The position numbers and the translations under genes were made by a program. Below, piece by piece: positions 1-9,942 of a stretch of DNA of 64,000 nt. Origin of the DNA: Candidatus Aminicenantes bacterium (GTDB lineage: Bacteria > Acidobacteriota > Aminicenantia > UBA2199); contig CAVXAL010000002.1 in the NCBI GenBank assembly GCA_963759765.1, positions 621,710-685,709 on the forward strand, read 5' to 3'. The notes beneath the pieces were generated by a model. The model was not told where the DNA came from. It saw only the letters and a program-made list of their open reading frames with translations, and did no database searches. The number at the start of each line of letters is the position of its first letter. Positions within the stretch are counted from its first letter, which is position 1.

Positions 1-257
1 AGAACCTGCACGGCCAAATAAACAGTTGCAAATTTCAACTCAAGCATGGCCTTCATATGAACCGGGCGCTGCAGCTGGATTACACTCAGCTTGGCGAGGG
101 GAAATTCTCTTTTGAGGTCGTGGATTATCTTGAGCCGAGAAAGGAACCGAATTACGATTCCACTGCCGATCTGAAAACGCTTGAAGAAATGTGGCTGGAC
201 AAACTTCAGCCGTACGATGAGAAGGGATATAATCGAAGAAAGCGGACGGAAACATAG
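1..257 (+). CDS. GIY-YIG nuclease family protein, C-terminal part (5' end lies upstream of window)
   Basis: Reading frame of ORF 57..257 stays open back to position 3 (NLHGQINSCKFQLKHGLHMNRALQLDY...); tail has GIY-YIG C-terminal half pattern (H-N..LQ, FSFEV, EEMWLDKL, KGYN). No search run. Confidence 0.5.
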   Translation, partial: NLHGQINSCKFQLKHGLHMNRALQLDYTQLGEGKFSFEVVDYLEPRKEPNYDSTADLKTLEEMWLDKLQPYDEKGYNRRKRTET

Positions 258-269
258 AAGCGATGAGAG

Positions 270-755
270 GTGAACATGCAGACAAGGAAGGAATTCTGCC
301 AGGCCTGTCTGGCCTTGACCGTGGCCGGCCTGGGTGCTTCGCTCGTTTTCGGGCGCCCCGGTTCCACAGTGAGTAAAGGGGAAGACATGCCCAAGACGGA
401 GACGCAAAAAAAGGCCAAGCTTCTGGCCTACTGCGGCATCACCTGCAGCGAGTGTCCGGCCTACGTCGCCACCCAGAAAAACGACGACGCGCTGCGCCGC
501 CAGACGGCCCAAAAGTGGTCCGAGCAGTTCAAGTCCGACATCAAGCCCGCGGACATCAACTGCGACGGTTGCCCGACCGACTCCCAGCGCCTGTTCAATT
601 ACTGCCGCGTCTGCGAGATCCGCAAATGCGCTCGCGAAAAGAGAGTCCAAAACTGCGCCTGCTGCGCCGACTACCCCTGCCAAAAACTCTCCGCGTTCCT
701 GGCCCAGGTTCCCGAGGCCAAGGCCGCACTGGAAGAGATCCGAAAAAAGAGATAA
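270..755 (+). CDS. DUF3795-like cysteine-rich protein with N-terminal hydrophobic/signal segment
   Basis: 161 aa; Cys motifs CGITCSECPAY, CDGCP, CRVCEIRKC, NCACCADYPC match my memory of DUF3795. Confidence 0.55.
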   Translation: MNMQTRKEFCQACLALTVAGLGASLVFGRPGSTVSKGEDMPKTETQKKAKLLAYCGITCSECPAYVATQKNDDALRRQTAQKWSEQFKSDIKPADINCDGCPTDSQRLFNYCRVCEIRKCAREKRVQNCACCADYPCQKLSAFLAQVPEAKAALEEIRKKR

Positions 756-804
756 TCCCACCGGCAATCCGGAAATGGATGGTGATGAGCTGACGTGATC
801 AGCC

Positions 805-2448
805 TCAGATCGTCACGGTTTCCTTGTACTCCCCGAACACGGCGCGCAGTTGGTCGGCGATCTCCTGCAGGGTGGCGCAGGCTTTGACTGCGTCGATGAT
901 CGGCGGCATGAGATTCTGCTTGCCGGCTGCGGCGGCTTTGACCGAGGCCAGGGTTTCCATCACTTTTTTTGCCTCGCGTTCCCTTTTGACTTGCTGCAGC
1001 CGGGCGATTTGCCTTTCCTCGGATTCCTTGCTCACCTTCAATGTTTTTATATGGGCGAGGTTTTCCTCGATCTGGAACTGGTTGACGCCGACAATGATCT
1101 GTTCGCCCGCATCGATCTCCTTCTGGTAGGCGTAGGCGCTCTCCTGGATCTGCTTCTGGACGTAGCCCTTTTCGATGGCGACCAGCATGCCGCCCATCTT
1201 CTCGATGGTGTCCAGGTATTTCCAGACCTCTTTTTCGATCTCACGGGTCAGGCTCTCCAGGTAGTAGGAGCCGGCCAGGGGATCCACGGTGTCGGCCACG
1301 CCGCTTTCGTGGGCGATGATCTGCTGGGTGCGCAAGGCGACACGCACCGCCTCCTCGCTGGGCAGGGCCAGGGCCTCGTCCATGGAGTTGGTGTGCAGGC
1401 TCTGGGTGCCGCCGAGAACCGCGGCCAGGGCCTGGAGGGTCACCCGCACCACGTTATTGGCCGGCTGCTGGGCGGTCAGGGTCACGCCGCCGGTCTGAGT
1501 GTGGAAGCGCATCAGTTGCGATTTTTCGCCCGCCCGGAATTTCTCTTTCATAATCCTGGCCCAGATCTTGCGGGCGGCGCGAAATTTCGCCGCCTCCTCG
1601 AAGAGGTTGTTGTGGCTGGCGAAGAAAAAGGAGAGGCGCGGAGCGAAATCGTCGACCAGCAGCCCGGAGCGCAGCGCCGACTGCACGTACTCGATGGCGT
1701 CGGCAAAGGTGAAAGCCAGTTCTTGCACCGCCGTGGCGCCGGCCTCGCGGATGTGGTAACCGCTGATCGAGATGGTGTTCCACTTCGGCACACGCTCCTT
1801 GCAGAAGGAGAAGATGTCGGAGATGATGCGCAGCGAGGGCCGGGGCGGAAAGATGTAGGTGCCGCGGGCAATGTATTCCTTGAGTAAATCGTTCTGGATC
1901 GTTCCCGACAGGCTGGCCCAGGGCACTCCCTTCTGTTCGGCTACGGTCAGCACCATGGCCAGGATGATGGCGGCGGTGGCATTGATGGTCATGGAAACCG
2001 ATACCTGATCCAGGGGGATGCGGTCGAAAAGAATCTCCATGTCGCGCAGGGTATCGATGGCCACGCCGACTTTGCCCACTTCGCCTTGGCAGAGTGGCTG
2101 GTCCGAGTCCAGGCCGATCTGGGTGGGCAGGTCAAACGCCACGCTCAAGCCGGTCTGGCCGTGTTCGAGAAGATAACGGTAGCGTTCGTTGGACTCTTCG
2201 GCCGAACCGAAGCCGGCATACTGGCGCATGGTCCACAGCTTACCGCGGTACATGGTGGGCTGGACGCCGCGGGTGAAGGGATAGGCGCCGGGATAGCCGA
2301 TATCCCTTTCGTAATTCAGGTCGCTGATCTCCTCCGGGCCGTATAGCCGCTCGACGGGCAGCGAACTGGTTTTGAAGCGGTGCTGGCGCTCCGGATTCTT
2401 GGCCAGCGTCTTTTTCAGAACGCACTCTTCCCATTCCTTTTTTTTCAT
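805..2448 (-). CDS. methylmalonyl-CoA mutase family protein, large/catalytic (TIM-barrel) subunit without B12-binding domain
   Basis: 547 aa; [30 protein letters not shown] and [11 protein letters not shown] blocks typical of acyl-CoA mutases. Confidence 0.85.
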   Translation of the reverse strand: MKKKEWEECVLKKTLAKNPERQHRFKTSSLPVERLYGPEEISDLNYERDIGYPGAYPFTRGVQPTMYRGKLWTMRQYAGFGSAEESNERYRYLLEHGQTGLSVAFDLPTQIGLDSDQPLCQGEVGKVGVAIDTLRDMEILFDRIPLDQVSVSMTINATAAIILAMVLTVAEQKGVPWASLSGTIQNDLLKEYIARGTYIFPPRPSLRIISDIFSFCKERVPKWNTISISGYHIREAGATAVQELAFTFADAIEYVQSALRSGLLVDDFAPRLSFFFASHNNLFEEAAKFRAARKIWARIMKEKFRAGEKSQLMRFHTQTGGVTLTAQQPANNVVRVTLQALAAVLGGTQSLHTNSMDEALALPSEEAVRVALRTQQIIAHESGVADTVDPLAGSYYLESLTREIEKEVWKYLDTIEKMGGMLVAIEKGYVQKQIQESAYAYQKEIDAGEQIIVGVNQFQIEENLAHIKTLKVSKESEERQIARLQQVKREREAKKVMETLASVKAAAAGKQNLMPPIIDAVKACATLQEIADQLRAVFGEYKETVTI

Positions 2449-2546
2449 TTTTTTTCGCCTAAAATTGCGAGATTAATTCTTATTGAAGACGCCTTGGCGC
2501 GGGACCATCTGGATGGAAGGGTCGGAGGGCTGCCGAGCGGCTGGGC

Positions 2547-2795
2547 TTAATCTCTTTCGCTGATTTTCTTTTTGAATTTTTCTCGAGTACCTTCGTAGAG
2601 GGTTTTGGCGTTTTCGCTGACTTTCTCGACGTTGTCTTTGATATCCTCGCCGATTTTATCGGAAAAGTCCTTGATCATTTTCCGCGTTTCCTTGCCCGAC
2701 TGGGGAGCGAACAGCAGGGCCAGTCCGGCCCCGAGGGCAGCACCGGCAAAGAAGCTGCATACCGTTCCCATTCCGTTCTTTCCTTCACTGGACAT
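2547..2795 (-). CDS. YtxH domain protein
   Basis: 82 aa, single N-terminal TM segment then charged helical tail; commonly paired with DUF948. Confidence 0.5.
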   Translation of the reverse strand: MSSEGKNGMGTVCSFFAGAALGAGLALLFAPQSGKETRKMIKDFSDKIGEDIKDNVEKVSENAKTLYEGTREKFKKKISERD

Positions 2796-3158
2796 TTATT
2801 TCCCTCCTTTGATTTTTTTTACGAGTTTCCAGCCCAGGCGGATGGCTGGCAGCAGGGCGAAAAACCCGGCTGAGCGTTTGAGTATGTTCTGGTTGACAAA
2901 TTTCAGCGTATCGCCGACGTGGTCGACTGTTCGTTTGGAGGATGCCAGCACTCCATCCAGGTGTTCGAGCCGCTCCTCGGCCAGAGTGCCGACTTTGTTC
3001 AGCTGACGGGCCAGGTCGCGGATCTCTCCGGAGGTCCGTTCCATGTCGGCCAGTAGCAGCCGCAGCTGGTTGATGGCCGGGATCAAGGTTAGGACCAGCA
3101 GCAGAAATCCCAGAGAAAAAACCAGCGCGACGATGAAAAGGATGATGGTTGTTGTCAT
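2796..3158 (-). CDS. DUF948 family membrane protein
   Basis: 120 aa, N-terminal TM helix plus coiled region; abuts YtxH gene (1-nt spacing). Confidence 0.5.
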   Translation of the reverse strand: MTTTIILFIVALVFSLGFLLLVLTLIPAINQLRLLLADMERTSGEIRDLARQLNKVGTLAEERLEHLDGVLASSKRTVDHVGDTLKFVNQNILKRSAGFFALLPAIRLGWKLVKKIKGGK

Positions 3159-3200
3159 CGTGTGCCCTTGTTTAATGATATACCAAAGCCGACCGGCCTG

Positions 3201-4079
3201 TCAATCGGTTGTTCGCTTTTTAAGCTTTTCCAGAATCTCCATTGCCGCCTGCGGATTTTGGGCGCGGATGGCCACCGTCAGGTCGCTCTTTTCCCAAAAG
3301 GGGTGATGGCAGACGTTCAGGCCCTTCTCCGCGGCAAGTGCGCGGACCTGTTTCCGCCACTCCTTTTCCCAGCGGAAATAGCGGGGGTAGCGAAGTCGGA
3401 ACAACGTTTCCAAGATTGCCTTCTGCGGCATCTCCTGGCGCCCCAATCGGATGCGGTTGATTTGCCGCATGATCTCGGCAATCGTCGTTTTTCTGGCAAA
3501 GGCGATTTCCTCGGCCATTTCGATCAGTCTCCCTTGCTGGTTCTCGTTGAAGACGACCCGGCGCAGCAGCCCGGCCAAGGCGCTACGGTCTTGGCCGGTC
3601 ATGGTCAGCATTTTGCAAGCGCTCTTCAGAACCAGGCGATCGTTTTGCAATAATGTCTTAAGCGGAGGAGCCAACAGGCGATCCAGGTTTTTTAAAAGTT
3701 CATTGTTTACAGCAAATCCCAGCTGCGGCTGCTGCTGAATATCAGCCGGGCTGCGCCAGCGGCCGATTTTCTTTACGAAAAGCAGTTTTTCGTAAAGATT
3801 GAGCCCGGTCAGCAGCTGTTTCAGGTTGAAGTTGAGAATCAGCGCCTGTGCAGGTGGCAGGTCCACTTCCCACATCCAGGCGTACCGATGTTTCTTCTGC
3901 CTCAGCAGGGCCAGGTAATCGTGGCCGGCAATCACCCGTTTCTTGCCGTCGACCACCAGCAAGGGGAAACCGGGCAAGCGGCCTGCGAGCGTTTGATAGG
4001 AATCGGGACGGAGAGGATAGGAGAGGCGGAAGCGGTCATCGCGCCGGATTCCAGCAAGAGTCATGCGGGTGGTGTTCAT
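3201..4079 (-). CDS. hypothetical protein with ParB/Srx-like N-terminal fold (degenerate motif)
   Basis: ORF track gives 590 aa from 4973, but that extension runs antisense through the well-supported patatin gene. The internal ATG at 4079 (MNTTRMTLAGIRRDDRF...) gives 293 aa and leaves a 108-nt divergent intergenic region. VDGKKRVIAGHDYLALL resembles the ParB GxxRxxA region with R-R replaced. Confidence 0.45.
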   Translation of the reverse strand: MNTTRMTLAGIRRDDRFRLSYPLRPDSYQTLAGRLPGFPLLVVDGKKRVIAGHDYLALLRQKKHRYAWMWEVDLPPAQALILNFNLKQLLTGLNLYEKLLFVKKIGRWRSPADIQQQPQLGFAVNNELLKNLDRLLAPPLKTLLQNDRLVLKSACKMLTMTGQDRSALAGLLRRVVFNENQQGRLIEMAEEIAFARKTTIAEIMRQINRIRLGRQEMPQKAILETLFRLRYPRYFRWEKEWRKQVRALAAEKGLNVCHHPFWEKSDLTVAIRAQNPQAAMEILEKLKKRTTD

Positions 4080-4187
4080 TGTCAATGAAACCTGTCCGCG
4101 ATTATAACAAATCTGCGGCCGGTTCGCGAAGGGATGGCCCGCTATCGCGGGCTGCGGTTTTAATGTAGAATAAAACGGGAGACAGAG

Positions 4188-5096
4188 ATGGCCAACAGGC
4201 AACGAAGGCGATCGGCCTTGAAGGTCGGTATTGCTCTGGGCGGCGGTGGCGCCAAGGGTCTGGCCCATATCGGGGTATTGAAAGTGCTCGAAAAACACGG
4301 CATTGTTCCGGCCCAGGTCTCGGGCACCAGCATGGGAGCCCTGGTCGGGGCGCTGTACTGCGACCGGGGGAGCATCGCCGAGGTGGAGAAATTCGTCCTG
4401 GCTTTCGAGGATGCCAGCCTCAATCCCTACCTTTTTCCGAAGCTGTCCAGCACCGGACTGATCTCGGAAAAGAAAATCAGGAACTTTTTGGTCTCGCTCT
4501 TTGCTGATATGAGGATCGAGGATTTGGCGCGGCCATTTTGTTGCACCGCCACCGATATTTTGAGCGGCGAGGAGGTGGTTTTCTGCAAGGGGAGCCTGGT
4601 GGACGCGGTGCTGGCGAGCATTTCGGTGCCGGTCCTTTTTCCGGCTCATCGGTATCGAAACCGCTTCTTGGTCGACGGAGGGCTGGTCGATTTGGTACCG
4701 GTCGCCCCCTTGCGCCAAAACGGGGCGGATTTTATCATTGCCGTGAACGTGATTGTCCCTCCGCGCGCCGGACAGGCCGAACGGCGCCCGGACAGAAAGG
4801 AAAGGAAAAATCGCCTGCTCATTGAACGAATCGACTCTCTGCTCTCCCGGCGCCCGGCCCGCGACAAGGGAGTCCCCAATCTCATCGAGGTTCTGTTTTC
4901 CACATTTGAAATCATGCAGCAGAAGCTGGTTCTCTCTTGTCTCGAGCTGGATCAGCCGGATGTCGCCATCCATGTCGAAACGTCCGAATTCAAGTTCTAT
5001 GAGTTCAACAGCCCGACCGAGCTCATCGCCCGCGGGGAGGCGACGATGCGCCGCTTGATCGGGAAGGTCGAAAAGAAGATAGAACGGCAGGCCTGA
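4188..5096 (+). CDS. patatin-like phospholipase
   Basis: GGGGAKG oxyanion motif, GTSMG nucleophile elbow, DGG catalytic Asp region. Confidence 0.85.
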   Translation: MANRQRRRSALKVGIALGGGGAKGLAHIGVLKVLEKHGIVPAQVSGTSMGALVGALYCDRGSIAEVEKFVLAFEDASLNPYLFPKLSSTGLISEKKIRNFLVSLFADMRIEDLARPFCCTATDILSGEEVVFCKGSLVDAVLASISVPVLFPAHRYRNRFLVDGGLVDLVPVAPLRQNGADFIIAVNVIVPPRAGQAERRPDRKERKNRLLIERIDSLLSRRPARDKGVPNLIEVLFSTFEIMQQKLVLSCLELDQPDVAIHVETSEFKFYEFNSPTELIARGEATMRRLIGKVEKKIERQA

Positions 5097-5109
5097 GCGA
5101 CAGGAAGGC

Positions 5110-5313
5110 TCAGCCCCCGGAAATCAAATGGATGGCGTCCACCTTGTCGCCCTCCTGGATGGTAGAGGATTCGTATTCCTCTTTTTTGACCAGTTGGCCA
5201 TTGATTTTGACCACGATCAGGGGAAAGGTGAAGTTCATCGCCTGGAGCAGCCCTTTGACGGTCAGGGCGCTGGCGGGATACTCCGTTTCTCTATTGTTCA
5301 GAATGAATTTCAT
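5110..5313 (-). CDS. thiS: ThiS/MoaD family sulfur carrier protein
   Basis: 67 aa, C-terminal ...ISGG; immediately downstream of ThiF-like gene with overlapping stop/start. Confidence 0.65.
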   Translation of the reverse strand: MKFILNNRETEYPASALTVKGLLQAMNFTFPLIVVKINGQLVKKEEYESSTIQEGDKVDAIHLISGG

Positions 5314-5909
5314 TACTTGCCTCCGGCAGCTTTCTCCAGCAGAATCTCCAGCACCTGGTTGGCCTGCATGTGGGCGACGATGCCCACGCGCGGGGCCAGC
5401 GGCGGCAGTTCGTCCGACACTTCCAGCGCTTCGTCTCCGCAGATGACGAGCCGGTCCAGGCGGCGGGTGCGCAGGTCGTTGTTGCGACCGTAACCGGCCA
5501 ATCCCATTCCAGAAACCAGGTATTTGTCCGGCAGCCGTTGCAACACCGTTTCGATGATCATGCCCTTCATCTCTGCCTGGTCGAAGGCTTCGACAATAAC
5601 GTCGCAGGAGCTGAACAGACGGAGCACCGATTCAGGGTCCAGCCTCAGGTCATGGGCGTCGACGCGAACAGCGGGGTTGATGCGCCGGATGTTCTCCTTC
5701 AGGGCCAGCACTTTTTTCTGACCTACCTGATCCAGAAAATAATACTGGCGGTTGAGGTTTTCCTGTGAGACCACGTCGAAGTCGGCGACGATCAACCGGC
5801 CCACGCCGATGCGCGCCAGGGCCACGGCGCAGTTGGAGCCCAGGCCGCCGCAACCGGCAATGCCCACGCTCTTGCTGCCTATTTTTTTCTGGATGGAGGA
5901 GAAGCGCAT
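5313..5909 (-). CDS. ThiF/MoeB family E1-like adenylyltransferase
   Basis: GIAGCGGLGS dinucleotide-binding loop; start placed at ATG 5909 preceded by GGGAG (ORF track first Met 5945). Confidence 0.7.
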   Translation of the reverse strand: MRFSSIQKKIGSKSVGIAGCGGLGSNCAVALARIGVGRLIVADFDVVSQENLNRQYYFLDQVGQKKVLALKENIRRINPAVRVDAHDLRLDPESVLRLFSSCDVIVEAFDQAEMKGMIIETVLQRLPDKYLVSGMGLAGYGRNNDLRTRRLDRLVICGDEALEVSDELPPLAPRVGIVAHMQANQVLEILLEKAAGGK

Positions 5910-5941
5910 TGCTCCCATTATAGCGGCCGGGAAGGAAAAAT

Positions 5942-6994
5942 TCAATGGCGGGGAGCGGCCGCCGTGGCCAGTTGGCCGCAGGCCGAACGGATGTCTCGGC
6001 CCTTGGACCAGCGCACGTTGACCGTAAACCCGCGTTCCAGCAGCAGGCGCTGGAAGGCTTCCACCCTTTCCGGCGAGGGCGTTTCAAAGGCTGAGCGGGG
6101 AACGGGGTTGTAGGGGATGAGGTTGATTTTGGCGGGGATGCCGCGGATCAGCCCCGCCAACCGCCTGGCGTCTGCGGGGGTGTCGTTGACGCCGTCCAGC
6201 AGCACGTATTCGAAGGTGATGCGGTGGCGGCGCCGCTGTTTTCGGAAATAGGCGAGGATCTCGGCCAGCGCCTCCCGGCCCGCTACCGGCATGAGTGACT
6301 GGCGCTGGTCGGCGCTGGAAGCGTTCAGCGAAAAGGCGATTTTGACTTGAGGGAAATCGCTTTCCAGGTTTTTGATTTTTTCCAATATGCCCGCGGTCGA
6401 AACGGTGATCCGTCGCGGCGAGATGGCCAGGCCGCTGGGATGCAGAATGATACCCAGGGCTTTTTTCAGGTTGTCGTAATTGAGCAGCGGCTCGCCCATG
6501 CCCATCCAAACCAGGTTGAGCCGGTTGAGGTCGGCGCCGGCCGCTGCCTTGAGAATCAGCACCTGAGAGACGATTTCGCCTGGCGTCAGGTTGCGGCGAA
6601 ACCCCATGTTGCCGGTGGCACAAAAGGTGCAACCCAGGGCGCAGCCCACCTGGGAGGAGATACAGAGGGTAATATGTTTCTTTTCCGGAATCAGCACGGC
6701 CTCGATGCGCAGCCCGTCGCTCAGTTCGATGAGAAACTTGCGCGTGCCTTCGCTGTTACCCGCCACAGCCACAACGGCGTCGGTCTGCCAGGTGAACGCC
6801 TGGCCGAGCAGGGTGCGGTTCTTGCGACTGATGTTTGTCCAGCGGCTGCTGTCGGCCACATTCTTGAAATAACGCCACTGGAATACCTGGTCGGCCATGT
6901 AGGCCGGCAGGCCCAGTAGCTGCAACCGCTGGCGGAGTTCGGCGTGGGAAAGATCGAGCAACCCGATGCGTTCGGCGGTCGCGGCCTTCATCAT
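5942..6994 (-). CDS. rlmN: 23S rRNA (adenine2503-C2)-methyltransferase RlmN (radical SAM)
   Basis: GCALGCTFCATG radical SAM motif, MGMGEPLLN, typical RlmN N-terminus MKAATAERIGLLDLS; upstream in-frame ATG 7102 rejected because it overlaps the aminotransferase start. Confidence 0.85.
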   Translation of the reverse strand: MMKAATAERIGLLDLSHAELRQRLQLLGLPAYMADQVFQWRYFKNVADSSRWTNISRKNRTLLGQAFTWQTDAVVAVAGNSEGTRKFLIELSDGLRIEAVLIPEKKHITLCISSQVGCALGCTFCATGNMGFRRNLTPGEIVSQVLILKAAAGADLNRLNLVWMGMGEPLLNYDNLKKALGIILHPSGLAISPRRITVSTAGILEKIKNLESDFPQVKIAFSLNASSADQRQSLMPVAGREALAEILAYFRKQRRRHRITFEYVLLDGVNDTPADARRLAGLIRGIPAKINLIPYNPVPRSAFETPSPERVEAFQRLLLERGFTVNVRWSKGRDIRSACGQLATAAAPRH

Positions 6995-7070
6995 TTTCCC
7001 TTTAACAGAAAGGCCCGGCCTTGTCAATGCGGCCGTTTCTGTACTATAATGAGCCTTCCAGGAGGCGAGA

Positions 7071-8269
7071 TGAACCTCTCTCTGCGTGCCCGCGAAATTC
7101 AAGAGTCACCAATCCGCAAGTTGAATACCCTGGCCAACGAGACCAAGAAACGCGGCATCACCGTCTACCACCTCAACATCGGTCAGCCGGACATTCCCAC
7201 GCCGGAAAACTTCTTAAAGCGAATCGCCGCGTTCCCGGAAAAAGTGCTTTCCTACGGCCCCGCCGACGGTCTGGAGACGCTTAAAGATGCCATGGTCCAT
7301 TATTTCTCCTATTATGGAATTGGCCTGGAAAAGAAGAATATCGTCATTGCCAATGGCGGCAGCGAGGCCATTTCCTTCGCCTTCAACGTGGTGGCCGATC
7401 CCGGCGACGAGATCATTCTGCCCGAGCCTTTTTACACCAATTACAACGGCTACGCGTCGCTCTGCAGCCTGAAGCTCGTGCCGGTGACCACCCTGGCCGA
7501 AAAGGGGTTTCACCTGCCGCCGCTGTCCGAATTTGAGAAACGGGTCACCCCGCAAGACCCGGGCGATTCTCCTCTGCTCGCCCAACAACCCGACCGGTAC
7601 GGTGTACCGCGAAGATGAGATCAGGGCTGTGGGGGAGTTTGCCAAAAAGCACGACATCTACCTGATTGCCGACGAGGTATACAAGGAGTTCACCTATGAC
7701 GGCAAGCGTCATTTCAGCGTACTGCAGCTGAGCGGGCTGGAGGACCGCGTCATCGTGGTCGACTCCATCTCCAAACGTTATTCGGCGTGCGGCGCTCGTA
7801 TCGGGGCGGTCATTTCCCGCAACCTCGAGGTGATAAAGTCGGATCACCAAATTCGCCCAGGCGCGGCTCTGCCCGCCGACCCTGGAGCAAGTCGGGCGCC
7901 ATCGGCGCTTACGAGCTGCCGCTCTCACTATTTCAAGACGTCATGGCCGAATACCAGAAGCGCCGCGATATTCTGTACGGCATCCTGACCTCAAGAAAGG
8001 ACGTCATCCTGCAGAAGCCCGAGGGCGCTTTCTACATCATGGCCAAGCTGCCGATTGATGATTGTGATGATTTTGCGCGCTGGCTGCTGGCCGATTTTTC
8101 CGATAACAACGAGACGGTGATGGTCGCGCCCGGGGCAGGCTTCTATGCCACGCCCGGCAAGGGCAAGAACGAGGCGCGCTTGGCCTATGTGATCGAGGCG
8201 CCCAAGCTCGAGCGCGCCGGCCTTATTTTGCTCAAGGCTTTGGACGCCTACGGAAAAAGGGGAAAATAG
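7071..8269 (+). pseudogene. class I/II PLP-dependent aminotransferase (aspartate aminotransferase-like) interrupted by two frameshifts
   Basis: Three ORF fragments (6944..7618, 7533..7988, 7787..8269; frames 2,3,2) join into one colinear ~399-aa aminotransferase (GQPDIPTP, SPNNPTGTVY, SKRYSACGARIGAV). Shifts near 7548 and 7880 look like single-base indels in C/G runs. Confidence 0.75.
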
Positions 8270-8330
8270 GGAAACAACTTTTGCTTCGCTTCTTATCTCC
8301 CCAAATTGTATTCTTCTGAGGAGGCTTCAC

Positions 8331-8996
8331 ATGAAAAAGTATTTTGGGTTTGTTCTGGTTCTGATTTTAGCTTTGACTCTTGTCGCCGCCGAACAAACAC
8401 ACAAAGTGGTCATTGTCCGGGGAGGGTCCAGAGCGATGGCTGTGCCCATCCAGGCTTTGTCCTTTTCGAAAGCTTTTTCCCAGAAAGCCGCGATCAAACC
8501 CCGGTTTTTTTCTGCGGGAGAAAAATTGAAAATCCTTCAGGAGGCCAAGATCAATGAGGTCAATGGTGTTTCTGCAGCCGCCTGGAAGGTGACCCTCAAA
8601 TCGCCCAACATCAACGACCGAATGTTTATCACGCTGAGCCAGCCCAATTTCGTTTCCACAGAATTTTATGGCACGGGCGTGGCTTTGTTTGATAACAGCG
8701 ACCAATTTTACAAAGCCAATGGAACAGACAAGGCTTTTAATTTGGACTTTTTTGTTGAAGCTGGCAAATGGTATTTGCTCGATTGCGCGGTCAGCGAAAC
8801 CGATGCCACCTACCGGGTGTTTGTTTATCAACAATCGGGTTCTTCGCAGATCACTTTTGAGAATCCTTCGGACGGGCACCTTTTGATCGTCCTGCAGGCC
8901 ACTGCCGCCGGTCAAGCGTATATTGCTGTCACGGGAAATTGCCCCCGCCAGGGTAATTGGGGCATTTACGGAGCCGAAATCACCGTCATCAAATAA
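8331..8996 (+). CDS. secreted hypothetical protein (cleavable signal peptide)
   Basis: MKKYFGFVLVLILALTLVAA signal; RBS GAGGAGG upstream; no recognisable domain. Confidence 0.5.
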   Translation: MKKYFGFVLVLILALTLVAAEQTHKVVIVRGGSRAMAVPIQALSFSKAFSQKAAIKPRFFSAGEKLKILQEAKINEVNGVSAAAWKVTLKSPNINDRMFITLSQPNFVSTEFYGTGVALFDNSDQFYKANGTDKAFNLDFFVEAGKWYLLDCAVSETDATYRVFVYQQSGSSQITFENPSDGHLLIVLQATAAGQAYIAVTGNCPRQGNWGIYGAEITVIK

Positions 8997-9047
8997 GCCC
9001 TTACTTTCAGGTCTACAACCCGATCGAGTGTTGGCTGCTGAAATTTA

Positions 9048-9064
9048 AAATTTTTTAAAAATTT
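9048..9064. repeat. left copy of island-flanking direct repeat (aaattttttaaaaattt)
   Basis: Matches 10739..10754 (aaattttttaaatatt) at 15 of 16 positions; candidate attL/attR or target duplication. Confidence 0.4.
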
Positions 9065-9071
9065 CTTAAAA

Positions 9072-9455
9072 CTACGGCTTAATATGAAGAACCGAGCTCT
9101 CCGAAAGGTGTATTGCCTTCAGCAGTATTTCTGATTCATTAGATGGCCATCCAATAATATTAGTATGACGTTTTGGGATATTATCTGGATCCAATTTTAA
9201 GCAACAACTATAAATTGAAGATGCGGTTATATCAGCGCGTGCTTTTAAACTACTTGGTCTATTTTTCTCAACTTGAACTCCTATTAACCATATTGCGCTT
9301 TCAGACAAGTCGTATATTCTAAAAACTGACAATTTCTTATTTTGAGGCGGCATGAAGGCACGATGCTTAACACAGTTATTTTCTGAACTAAAATCTTTTT
9401 TTGAAAAAAGAAATCTTGATAGTTTTTCAGATGCTTTGATTTGATGATTATTCAA
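9072..9455 (-). CDS. hypothetical protein (island gene 3, 127 aa)
   Basis: AT-rich ORF; start 1 nt after stop of gene 2; no family recognised (..KHRAFMPPQNKKLSVFRIYDLSESAIWLIG..RHTNIIGWP..). Confidence 0.5.
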   Translation of the reverse strand: MNNHQIKASEKLSRFLFSKKDFSSENNCVKHRAFMPPQNKKLSVFRIYDLSESAIWLIGVQVEKNRPSSLKARADITASSIYSCCLKLDPDNIPKRHTNIIGWPSNESEILLKAIHLSESSVLHIKP

Positions 9456-9456
9456 A

Positions 9457-9942
9457 TTAAAATCCCAACCTTTTAAAATTTTCTATTATTACTGGTGGCA
9501 ATGCGTTTTCGAAATATTCATTCCCATGAATCTGATTCCCCCCAAATATTCCCGCATATTTAATAATTTTTGTATTCCCAATATTTATTATAAAAATTCT
9601 ATTTCTGTCCTTCCTCCATTCAAATCCCACATCTCCATTTGGTTCGATACAAATTTCAGGGAATGGAATAAAGGATGGTATAAGATTTAGAAATTTTTTA
9701 GCTTCAAAGTAAGCATCAATGGATAAGGGTTTGGCTCCCTCTCCATCCCAATCTTCATTCTTACATTCAATTTGTAACTTTTTTAATTCATAAAGGATTT
9801 GATTAAGAAACAATTCGTTAGATGTCTTGTTCTTCCAAATTGGTTTATTTTCATAAATCTTTTCATCTTTGGAGCTTGTACAACTTTGATAACTATTGAT
9901 ATTATAGCATATAGGTGTGGAGCATATAGCTGGGGTGCTCAT
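9457..9942 (-). CDS. hypothetical protein (island gene 2, 161 aa)
   Basis: AT-rich ORF; its ATG overlaps stop of gene 1 (ATGA); Cys-rich N-terminus CSTPICYNINSYQSC; no family recognised. Confidence 0.5.
   Translation of the reverse strand: MSTPAICSTPICYNINSYQSCTSSKDEKIYENKPIWKNKTSNELFLNQILYELKKLQIECKNEDWDGEGAKPLSIDAYFEAKKFLNLIPSFIPFPEICIEPNGDVGFEWRKDRNRIFIINIGNTKIIKYAGIFGGNQIHGNEYFENALPPVIIENFKRLGF

Noticed and set aside
850-1887. 345-aa plus-strand ORF antisense to the mutase gene
   Set aside because: High-GC antisense ORF with low-complexity G/A/D/L-rich translation. The opposite strand encodes a clearly conserved mutase. The same reasoning applies to 11262..12932, 14626..15732, 17063..18355, 40187..41467, 42293..43534, 44138..45058, 50490..51941, 52576..53736, 59687..60439 and 61830..63068.
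3201-4973. 590-aa minus-strand ORF
   Set aside because: Its upstream 300 aa run antisense through the patatin gene, which has unmistakable GGGxKG/GTSMG motifs. Only the 293-aa portion from ATG 4079 is plausible.
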